DNA of 64,000 nt from Desulfomicrobium sp. (GTDB lineage: Bacteria; Desulfobacterota; Desulfovibrionia; Desulfovibrionales; Desulfomicrobiaceae). Positions within the stretch are counted from its first letter, which is position 1, and each line of letters opens with the position of its first letter. Positions 56,840 to 64,000 of the stretch are shown one piece after another. The stretch covers positions 1,632,001-1,696,000 of the forward strand of contig JAXGMI010000001.1 of NCBI GenBank assembly GCA_040768745.1, in the 5' to 3' direction. Under the pieces are notes generated by a model. It was not told where the DNA came from. It was given only the letters and a program-made list of their open reading frames with translations, and searched no databases. A program made the position numbers and the translations under genes.

Positions 56840-57878
56840 TGATAGTCGCGAAAACCATGAGCATGAAGAGGAGCGTCATGCCGATCCGCAGTGCGATTTG
56901 TTGAATCTGCGGGCTCAACGGTTTTCCGGTGATGGTTTCCAGAAAGAAAAAAAGGATATGTCCGCCGTCAAGGACAGGAATGGGCAGCAGGTTCAGTATG
57001 CCCAGATTGATGCTGATGAGGGCGGTCAGGGCCAGCAGATTGATGAGTCCTGTCTGTGCTTCCTTATGGATCATCTCCGAGATGAGGATGACCCCGCCCA
57101 TGTCTGTCCAGGGGATGACCCGTTCCACAAGCTTGATGATGCCCATGACCATGAGACCGCTCACATCCCAAATTTGTCGAGCCCCCTGTACGGATGCGGC
57201 AAAAAATCCCAATTCCCTGGTCATCAGTTCACCCTTGGGTGCGATACCCAACATGGGCATTGCTTTCACTTCACCGAAAAGATTGCGCTTCTCTTGGATA
57301 CGGGGGGTGACATGCAGGGTGAATTCTTGGCGGCCACGGATCACGGTCAGTTCCATTGCATCGCCCTGGTTGGCTTCGATGCGCTGGACCAAGTCACTCC
57401 AGACAAGGATCTCGCGCCCGTCGACAGTCACAATGCGATCATCGGGGAGAATGCCGGCGTCGGCTGCTGCGCTGGAGTTGGTCACCTGGCCGATGACCGG
57501 GAGCATTTCCTGCACACCCTGAGTCCAGGCCAGACCCCAGAAGATGATCCAGGCCAGCAGGAAGTTGAAGACCGGACCGGCCAGGACAACCAGCATGCGC
57601 TGCCAAGGGGGGCGGCGCGAAAAGGATTCTTCAGGTGTGAACCCTTCCGGAAGCTCGGCATCGGGAGATTCGCCGACCAGTTGGACGTAGCCTCCCAGGG
57701 GAAAGACGCAGATACGGTAATCAGTCTTGCCCCGCTTGAATCCGAAAAGCCGTGTTCCAAAGCCCAGGGAAAAGACGTTGACGCCCATGCCCAGGCTTCT
57801 GGCCAGCACGAAGTGCCCCAGTTCGTGGAAGAAGATCAGCCCGCCCAGGACCAGAACGACGGCCAGAATACTCGTCAA
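56814..57878 (-). CDS. rseP: RIP metalloprotease RseP
   Basis: HELGH, AGPVFN, PDZ domain, NLLPIPVLDGG. Confidence 0.95.
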   Translation of the reverse strand: MTSILAVVLVLGGLIFFHELGHFVLARSLGMGVNVFSLGFGTRLFGFKRGKTDYRICVFPLGGYVQLVGESPDAELPEGFTPEESFSRRPPWQRMLVVLAGPVFNFLLAWIIFWGLAWTQGVQEMLPVIGQVTNSSAAADAGILPDDRIVTVDGREILVWSDLVQRIEANQGDAMELTVIRGRQEFTLHVTPRIQEKRNLFGEVKAMPMLGIAPKGELMTRELGFFAASVQGARQIWDVSGLMVMGIIKLVERVIPWTDMGGVILISEMIHKEAQTGLINLLALTALISINLGILNLLPIPVLDGGHILFFFLETITGKPLSPQIQQIALRIGMTLLFMLMVFATINDILRHFQ

Positions 57879-59086
57879 AATGCGCCCTCCGCGATGGCAG
57901 CCTCGGCCAGGGATCGCGTTTCCGCATCAATGGCCAGAATGTGGTCCAGGTTGTCCACAGGAAGCGAGTCGTGCCCATCGAGCATGCGGTCGATGAGTCT
58001 GGCAATGCCCGGGAAGGACACACGGCCATCAAGGAATGCCTGCACTGCAATCTCGTTGGCGGCATTGAGGACCACCGGGTGGCTCGGCCCGGCCAGCAGG
58101 GCCTCCCTGGCCAACCGCAGGCAGGGGAAGCGCACCACATCCGGGGATTCGAACGTAAGGACTCCGACCTTGGCCAGATCGAGCCGTTCCAGACCGATGT
58201 GCAGACGCTGTGGATAGCCCAAGCAATACCCAATGGGAATTTCCATATCCGGCATGCCCAGGTGTGCCAACTGCGAACCGTCCGCGTATTCGACCAGCGA
58301 GTGGACGATGGACTGCGGGTGGACAACCACCTCCACTTCGTCAGGCTTGGCCCCGTAGAGGTGTACTGCTTCGATAACTTCCAGGCCTTTGTTCATCATC
58401 GTTGCGGAATCGATGGAAATTTTTGCTCCCATGGACCAGTTTGGGTGTTTCAAGGCCTGAGCAGGGGTGACAGCGTGGATCTCTTCCAGGGAAGTGGTCC
58501 GAAATGGGCCTCCCGATGCGGTCAGAATCAGGCGCGAGACAGTTGTTCCGTCGTGGCCAATGAAGGCCTGGAACAGGGCGTTGTGCTCCGAATCGACAGG
58601 GAGAATCGCTGCCCCGCTGCCCCTGCAGACTTCCCGGAAAATACCCCCGGCCAGAACCAGGGCCTCCTTGTTGGCCAGGCAGAGCACCTTGCCGGCCCGC
58701 GCCGCGGCCAGGGCGGGAACGAGTCCGGCGGCTCCGACCTGGGCGGCCAGAACAAGATCCGCTTCCGGGAGGGTGGCCAGAGCCGTGTATCCGTCCAGGC
58801 CGATGAAGATCCGGGGTGTGTAGCCGGCCGGCAACAGATCGCGCAGGGTCCTGGCGTGTTGTTCCTCCAGCACCCCGAGGTAAGGCGGGCGGAACTGATC
58901 GGCCTGCCGGGCCAAGAGGGCCATGTTTCGGGCTCCGGCCAGAGCAACGATGTGCAGGTATCCGGGATTCTTTGCTGCCACCCGCAGGGCACTGGTGCCG
59001 ATGGAGCCCGTGCTGCCAAGGATCGCAATGGCCCGCGGCCCTGTGCGGTTGAAGACAGGGGAGGACAGGCCTGAGATATACTTCAT
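57875..59086 (-). CDS. dxr: 1-deoxy-D-xylulose-5-phosphate reductoisomerase
   Basis: LGSTGSIG, LANKE, PVDSEH, TASGGPF, HPNWSMGAKISIDSAT. Confidence 0.97.
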   Translation of the reverse strand: MKYISGLSSPVFNRTGPRAIAILGSTGSIGTSALRVAAKNPGYLHIVALAGARNMALLARQADQFRPPYLGVLEEQHARTLRDLLPAGYTPRIFIGLDGYTALATLPEADLVLAAQVGAAGLVPALAAARAGKVLCLANKEALVLAGGIFREVCRGSGAAILPVDSEHNALFQAFIGHDGTTVSRLILTASGGPFRTTSLEEIHAVTPAQALKHPNWSMGAKISIDSATMMNKGLEVIEAVHLYGAKPDEVEVVVHPQSIVHSLVEYADGSQLAHLGMPDMEIPIGYCLGYPQRLHIGLERLDLAKVGVLTFESPDVVRFPCLRLAREALLAGPSHPVVLNAANEIAVQAFLDGRVSFPGIARLIDRMLDGHDSLPVDNLDHILAIDAETRSLAEAAIAEGAF

Positions 59087-59889
59087 GGCTTTCCGCCGGC
59101 AAAGAAGTCGAAGAGGGCGGCCAGTGCGCAGTAGAGGGGGAGGACAAAGAGCAGGCTGTCGATGCGGTCCAGAATGCCGCCGTGGCCAGGGAGGATCCAG
59201 CCCGAATCTTTGATCCCTCTCCAGCGTTTGAGGCCGGATTCAAAAAAATCACCCAGTTGGGCGGCCAGGTTGAGAGCTGCGCCCAGGAAGGCAAAGTGGA
59301 ACCATGGTGCGGCGCCCAGGGCGTATCCCATGGCGGTGCACACGGCAATGCTGGCAACCAGGCCGCCGATGCTTCCGGCCCAGGTCTTCTTGGGGCTGAT
59401 GGAGGGCCAGATCTTGGGGCCGCCGAAATGGCTGCCGGCGTAAAAAGCCCCGGTGTCGGCCGCGAAGGTGGTCAGCAGGACCAGGGCGATCTCCGTTCCG
59501 GACAGGAAGCGTCCCAGACGGAGGATAAAAGGGAGATACAGAATGCCGAAGAGCAGGATCTGGCAGTCTGGAAAGGCATCAGGAGCTTTGTCCTGGTCGT
59601 AGACAAGCAAGAATCCAATGGCCACAGCCAGCAGAGCCAGGCAGACCAAGGCGGAACCATTCCAGTCCAGAGGTGCCCAGATCAGACCCAGGGCCAAAAA
59701 AAAACCAGCGACTTTCCAGGGTAATTTTTCCAGTCCTGGCCAGAACATGGCGTAGAATTCCATGAGTCCCAGACAGGCCACCACCGAGAGCACGAGGCTG
59801 AGGACCGGATCTCCGCAAAAAATGGCCCAGGCCAGGAGTGGGAGCAGAAGCAGAGATGTCAGGATGCGCTGATAATGGGTTGCCGTCAT
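59083..59889 (-). CDS. cdsA: Phosphatidate cytidylyltransferase
   Basis: DTGAFY, SPKKTW.G, GDFFES.LKR...KDSG.ILPGHGGILDRIDS. Confidence 0.95.
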   Translation of the reverse strand: MTATHYQRILTSLLLLPLLAWAIFCGDPVLSLVLSVVACLGLMEFYAMFWPGLEKLPWKVAGFFLALGLIWAPLDWNGSALVCLALLAVAIGFLLVYDQDKAPDAFPDCQILLFGILYLPFILRLGRFLSGTEIALVLLTTFAADTGAFYAGSHFGGPKIWPSISPKKTWAGSIGGLVASIAVCTAMGYALGAAPWFHFAFLGAALNLAAQLGDFFESGLKRWRGIKDSGWILPGHGGILDRIDSLLFVLPLYCALAALFDFFAGGKP

Positions 59890-60587
59890 GCGGGTTGTTC
59901 TCCAGTGGTCCCGAATCGGCGATGACGGCGGCCAAATTCTGCCAGGGCTGCGTGCAATTCGGGTGCGTGGAAATCGGGCCAGGCCACGTCGGTGAAGTAC
60001 AGTTCGCTGTAGGCGGTCTGAAAAAGGAGGTAGTTGCTGAGCCGTTGCTCGCCGCTGGTCCGCAGGACCAGGTCTGGATCTGGCATGCCGGCTGTGTACA
60101 ACTCCCCGCCGAACATGGCCTCGGTGACGTCTTTGGCGGCCACGCCCCGTTGGATCAAGGCCTTGCAGGCGCGCAGAATTTCATGTCGCCCCGAGTAATT
60201 GAGGGCCAGATTGAGCATCATGGCCGTGCAGCCCCTTGTCCTGTCCATGGCATGGCGCAGCACCTGCCGGGTGGTCAGCGGGAGCTCGTCGAGCTCTCCC
60301 AGCACATTGAGGCGGATGGACTGTTCCACCAGGGATGGCAGCTCGGCGCTCAGGAAGTCACGCAGCAGGTCGAACAGGAATCCGACCTCCTGCGCCGGCC
60401 TAGCCCAGTTTTCCTTTGAGAAGGTGTACAGGGTCAGGAAGGGAATGCCGAGCTTGCGGCATTCTCTGACGATTTCCCGGGCTGTTTCGGTTCCGGCCTT
60501 GTGTCCGGCGCTGCGCGAAAGTCCTCTGGCCTTGGCCCAACGGCCATTGCCGTCCATGATGATGGCGAGATGGGTGAGAGGAGGCAT
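59886..60587 (-). CDS. uppS: Undecaprenyl diphosphate synthase
   Basis: HLAIIMDGNGRWA, FSKENW.RP, RTSGEQRLSNYL. Confidence 0.96.
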   Translation of the reverse strand: MPPLTHLAIIMDGNGRWAKARGLSRSAGHKAGTETAREIVRECRKLGIPFLTLYTFSKENWARPAQEVGFLFDLLRDFLSAELPSLVEQSIRLNVLGELDELPLTTRQVLRHAMDRTRGCTAMMLNLALNYSGRHEILRACKALIQRGVAAKDVTEAMFGGELYTAGMPDPDLVLRTSGEQRLSNYLLFQTAYSELYFTDVAWPDFHAPELHAALAEFGRRHRRFGTTGEQPA

Positions 60588-60595
60588 GATCAGGA

Positions 60596-61150
60596 TCAGA
60601 TCTCCATGATTTCCTTCTCTTTCTCCGCAAAGACCGCATCGGCCTTCTTGACGAATCCATCCGTCACCTTCTGCACTTCCTCCTGGGCCTTGTGCAGGTC
60701 GTCTTCGCTCAATTCCTTGGCGCTTTGCAGCTTTTTCAGACTTTCGTTCACGTCCCGTCGAACATTGCGGATGGCCACCTTGGCCTCTTCCGTGAATTTT
60801 TTTGCCATTTTGACCAGGTCCCGGCGGCGTTCCTCGGTCAGAGGCGGAATGTTGATGCGGATGGACCGGCCGTCATTGATGGGCGTCAGGCCCAGGTCCG
60901 ACTTCATGATGGCCTTCTCAATGCTGTTGAAGGCGTTGCGGTCCCAAGGTGAAATGGAGATGGTCCGGCTGTCCGGGATGGAAACCGAAGCAACCTGATT
61001 GAGCGGAGTTGGCGTGCCGTAGTATTCAACCTTGATGCCGTCCACCAATGCGGTGGAGGCACGGCCTGTGCGCAGCTTGGCGAAATCCTTTTCCAGGCTG
61101 TCGATGCTTTTCTGCATCCTGTTTTTACAATCGGTTACGTGCTTTTCCAT
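60596..61150 (-). CDS. frr: Ribosome recycling factor
   Basis: [35 protein letters not shown]; true start ATG 61150. Confidence 0.97.
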   Translation of the reverse strand: MEKHVTDCKNRMQKSIDSLEKDFAKLRTGRASTALVDGIKVEYYGTPTPLNQVASVSIPDSRTISISPWDRNAFNSIEKAIMKSDLGLTPINDGRSIRINIPPLTEERRRDLVKMAKKFTEEAKVAIRNVRRDVNESLKKLQSAKELSEDDLHKAQEEVQKVTDGFVKKADAVFAEKEKEIMEI

Positions 61151-61151
61151 G

Positions 61152-61871
61152 TTAGTCTCCTTGTACGATCGTTCCGATGTCCTCGCCCATGACCACCCGC
61201 TTGATGTTGCCAGGCACAAAAAGATTGAAGACTCCGATGGGGAGCTTGTTGTCCATGCATAGGGAAATAGCCGCCGAGTCCATGACCCGCAGACGGCGTT
61301 GCAGCACATCCAGATAGCTCAGCCGGGTGAACATGACCGCATCGGGGTATTTTTCCGGGTCCTTGTCGTACACACCGTTGACCCGGGTGGCCTTCAGGAT
61401 GGCCTCGCATTTGAGTTCCATGGCCCGGATCACTGCGGCAGTGTCTGTGGTGAAATAGGGGATACCCGTGCCGGCCGCGCAGATGACCACACGTCCCTTT
61501 TCCAGGTGGCGGATGGCCCGACGGCGGATATAGGGCTCGGCCACTTCCTTCATGTCGATGGCGGTCATGACCCGGGTGGTGATGTTCTGCTTTTCCAGGG
61601 CATCCTGGACAGCCAGGGCATTCATGACCGTGGCAAGCATGCCCATATAGTCCGCAGATGCCCGGTCCATGCCTTTGGAGGATACGGAAACACCGCGAAA
61701 GATGTTTCCACCGCCGATGACAAGGCTGAGTTGGACACCCAACGTGGCCGCCGAGGCCACTTCCTGACAGATGGATTGAATGGTCTGGGGTTCGATGCCA
61801 AAGCCCTGTTCTCCAGCCAGGGCCTCGCCGCTCAGCTTAAGCATGACCCTGCCGTATCGGAGTTTCTGCAT
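61152..61871 (-). CDS. pyrH: UMP kinase
   Basis: [34 protein letters not shown]. Confidence 0.98.
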   Translation of the reverse strand: MQKLRYGRVMLKLSGEALAGEQGFGIEPQTIQSICQEVASAATLGVQLSLVIGGGNIFRGVSVSSKGMDRASADYMGMLATVMNALAVQDALEKQNITTRVMTAIDMKEVAEPYIRRRAIRHLEKGRVVICAAGTGIPYFTTDTAAVIRAMELKCEAILKATRVNGVYDKDPEKYPDAVMFTRLSYLDVLQRRLRVMDSAAISLCMDNKLPIGVFNLFVPGNIKRVVMGEDIGTIVQGD

Positions 61872-62009
61872 TGATCAGTACCTCATGGTGGACGGTGAAC
61901 GAAAGGAGGCCGGGGTTTCCCAGCCTCCTTCTCGGATGAGGCTATACCCATTTCGCGCCAGGGGCGCAACAAGAGGCTTTTGTTTGTCCCGGAAAACAGA
62001 GGGGAGGCC

Positions 62010-62034
62010 AAAAAAAAGGGCCTTGCGGCCCTTT
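62010..62034 (-). terminator. Rho-independent terminator after tsf
   Basis: AAAGGGCC-TTGC-GGCCCTTT with an A8 run on the plus strand. Confidence 0.85.
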
Positions 62035-62036
62035 CC

Positions 62037-62840
62037 CTATGCGCCCACCGCGAACCGGAAAAACCGGACCACGTCGGCGCTTTTTCCGAGAAGATCCTTG
62101 ATGGTCTTCTTGTCGTCCTTGATGAAGACCTGCTCGCGCAGGCAGACTTCCTGATAGTACTTACGGATGCGTCCCTCGACGATCTTTTCCGCGATCTGGG
62201 CCGGCTTTCCTTCTTCCTTGGCCTGGTTCAGGTAGATTTCCTTCTCCTGGGACAGGGTCTCGGCAGGGATCTGATCGGGGGTCACACACAGAGGGTTGGC
62301 GGCCGCGATCTGCATGGCGATGTCTTTGGCCAGTTCCGGGGTGACAGCGCCGGTCAGTTCGACCAGCACGCCCAGCTTCTTGTTGGAATGGACGTAAGTA
62401 CCGATGGCGCCGGCACCGGGCAGCTCGACAAATGCCAGCCGTCCGACCTGCATGTTTTCCCCGATCTTGCCAATGAGGCCGGTCAGGTCGGTGGCTTCAA
62501 CCGGCAGGGCGGTCATATCGGAGGTTTTCCTGTCCAGGGCCAGTTTGGCGATGCCTTCGGCCAGGGCGATGAATTCCTCGTTTTTCGCCACGAAATCGGT
62601 TTCGCACTTGAGCTCACTCATGGCCGCGGACTTTCCGTCTTTGGCCACGACGATGGTGATCAAACCTTCGGTTGTTTCCCGGCCAGCCTTCTTGGCGGCC
62701 TTGGACAGACCTTTTTCACGCAACCAAGCGATGGCTTTTTCCTCGTCCCCATCACATTCGGTCAGGGCCTTCTTGCAGTCCATCATACCTGCGCCGGTCC
62801 GGTCGCGCAGATCTTTAACCATTGAAGCAGTGATACTCAT
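62037..62840 (-). CDS. tsf: Translation elongation factor Ts
   Basis: VKDLRDRTGAGMMDCKKAL, ELKCETDFVAKN; start ATG 62840. Confidence 0.97.
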   Translation of the reverse strand: MSITASMVKDLRDRTGAGMMDCKKALTECDGDEEKAIAWLREKGLSKAAKKAGRETTEGLITIVVAKDGKSAAMSELKCETDFVAKNEEFIALAEGIAKLALDRKTSDMTALPVEATDLTGLIGKIGENMQVGRLAFVELPGAGAIGTYVHSNKKLGVLVELTGAVTPELAKDIAMQIAAANPLCVTPDQIPAETLSQEKEIYLNQAKEEGKPAQIAEKIVEGRIRKYYQEVCLREQVFIKDDKKTIKDLLGKSADVVRFFRFAVGA

Positions 62841-62841
62841 C

Positions 62842-63627
62842 TTAATATTCCTCTTCGTCTGTGTCTTCAGAGTCGAAATCTTCAGTGGTGATCGGAACAT
62901 CCACAGCCGGGACCTTGGCTTTGGGCTGCAGGGGGGTGTCCTTGGCGCTGGCCAGACCCTCCAGGCAGGCGTCGGACATGGCTCCGGCAAAGAGCTTGAT
63001 GGCCCGGATTGCGTCGTCATTGCCCGGAATGATGTAGTCGATCAGGTCGGGGTCACAGTTGGTGTCCACCACGGCCACAATGGGGATGCCCAGCTTGCGG
63101 CATTCTTTGACCGCGATTTCCTCGCGGTGTGGATCGATGATGAAGGCGGCCGCTGGTGGTTCTTCCATGTCCTTGATCCCGCCCAGGGTCAGGTTCAGCT
63201 TGGCCACTTCGCGCTCCATGCCCACGATTTCCTTTTTCAGAAAGCGGTTCACGGAGCCGTCCTCGAACATGCCTTCCAGTTTTTTCAGACGGGCGATGCT
63301 GCTACGGATGGTCTGGTAGTTGGTCAGAGTGCCGCCCAGCCAGCGGTTGGTGACATAGTACATGCCGCAGCGTTCGGCTTCGGTCTTGACCACATCCTGG
63401 GCCTGGCGTTTGGTGCCGACAAAGATGATCTTGCCGCCACGGGCCACTGTATCGGACATGAAGTCGTGCGCTTTTCGGTACAGCTTCACGGTCTGTTGCA
63501 GGTCGATGATGTGGATGCCCTTGCGCGCTCCGAAGATGTAGGGCCGCATCTTGGGGTTCCAGCGCCGGGTCTGGTGACCGAAATGCACACCGGTCTCCAG
63601 CATTTGCTTCATACTGACATAAGGCAT
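62842..63627 (-). CDS. rpsB: 30S ribosomal protein S2
   Basis: [38 protein letters not shown]; start ATG 63627. Confidence 0.98.
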   Translation of the reverse strand: MPYVSMKQMLETGVHFGHQTRRWNPKMRPYIFGARKGIHIIDLQQTVKLYRKAHDFMSDTVARGGKIIFVGTKRQAQDVVKTEAERCGMYYVTNRWLGGTLTNYQTIRSSIARLKKLEGMFEDGSVNRFLKKEIVGMEREVAKLNLTLGGIKDMEEPPAAAFIIDPHREEIAVKECRKLGIPIVAVVDTNCDPDLIDYIIPGNDDAIRAIKLFAGAMSDACLEGLASAKDTPLQPKAKVPAVDVPITTEDFDSEDTDEEEY

Positions 63628-63715
63628 GGGGAGTCTCCTTGGTTTTTTTCCTCCGCCCGCGTCAGACCAGTCGGCCAAACCAAAGGGCTGCGGGCGTGTG
63701 GAGTGTGTGAGAACT
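63628..63715 (-). promoter_or_regulatory. Putative rpsB leader (S2 autoregulatory structure)
   Basis: Minus strand CTCACACAC...CGCCCGC...GCGGGCG-GAGG: ACACAC motif, GC stem and GGAGG as in known rpsB leaders. Confidence 0.6.
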
Positions 63716-63755
63716 GAAGCCGATACGCGAGATCAGAAGGGTTTGCAAGCGGAAA

Positions 63756-64000
63756 TCAGACCCGGGCGATGAGGGGAATGACAATGGGGTCGCGTTCCAG
63801 GACCTTGCGGAAAAAACGTCGCAGGGACGAGCGGATGCGTTCTTCCAGTTTATAGACTTCGCCGTTGGGATTGCCCTCCATGATGTCGAGAATGATGCAT
63901 TTGGCGTCTTCCAGGACATGGGCGAAATGCTGTTCAAAGATGAACCCTTTGGATTCGATGCTCGGGCCGAAGACGATGGTCCCGAGTTCGTCCTGGATCA
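63756..64000 (-). CDS. rnj: Ribonuclease J, 3' end (partial)
   Basis: Hand translation GPSIESKGFIFEQHFAHVLEDAKCIILDI...IRSSLRRFFRKVLERDPIVIPLIARV*, typical RNase J C-terminal domain. Confidence 0.85.
   Translation of the reverse strand, partial: IQDELGTIVFGPSIESKGFIFEQHFAHVLEDAKCIILDIMEGNPNGEVYKLEERIRSSLRRFFRKVLERDPIVIPLIARV

Overview
Core chromosomal window of a sulfate-reducing deltaproteobacterium. Gene content and order suggest Desulfovibrionales, probably Desulfomicrobium-like (inference). In order: the distal spc and alpha ribosomal operons (rplE end to rplQ); a LysR-selD-ASKHA/RACo unit in which selD is a selenoprotein (in-frame UGA plus SECIS-like hairpin, truncated by the ORF track); recJ, topA, era, yggS; a flagellar motor/export block (motA, two motB, fliLMNOPQ); a TrmH-family methylase, an MltD-like lipoprotein, aroE, a four-subunit 2-oxoacid:ferredoxin oxidoreductase, queA and bioA; two tandem copies of a putative Na+/H+ antiporter + universal stress protein pair; a sigma54 ZraP/ZraS/ZraR-like unit facing a 55-aa CxxCGC/His-rich peptide and a small CbiX chelatase; a perfect 19-bp tandem array and a nitrite/sulfite-reductase remnant; lrp-putA; rpe and alternative heme genes (ahbC-hemB-ahbD-ahbA); fliS-fliD-fliC; and rnj(end)-rpsB-tsf-pyrH-frr-uppS-cdsA-dxr-rseP-tsaB. 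I saw no rRNA, tRNA, CRISPR array, integrase or transposase. Best candidates for new biology: (1) the 37.8-42.6 kb metal locus, where a stand-alone HypB-like metal-binding peptide has its UGA in frame with cbiX and followed by a strong hairpin; (2) one MotA with two MotB subunits of opposite ion signature; (3) the compositionally mosaic antiporter-USP duplication. All family calls come from motif recognition, and all GC statements are by eye; no searches were run.
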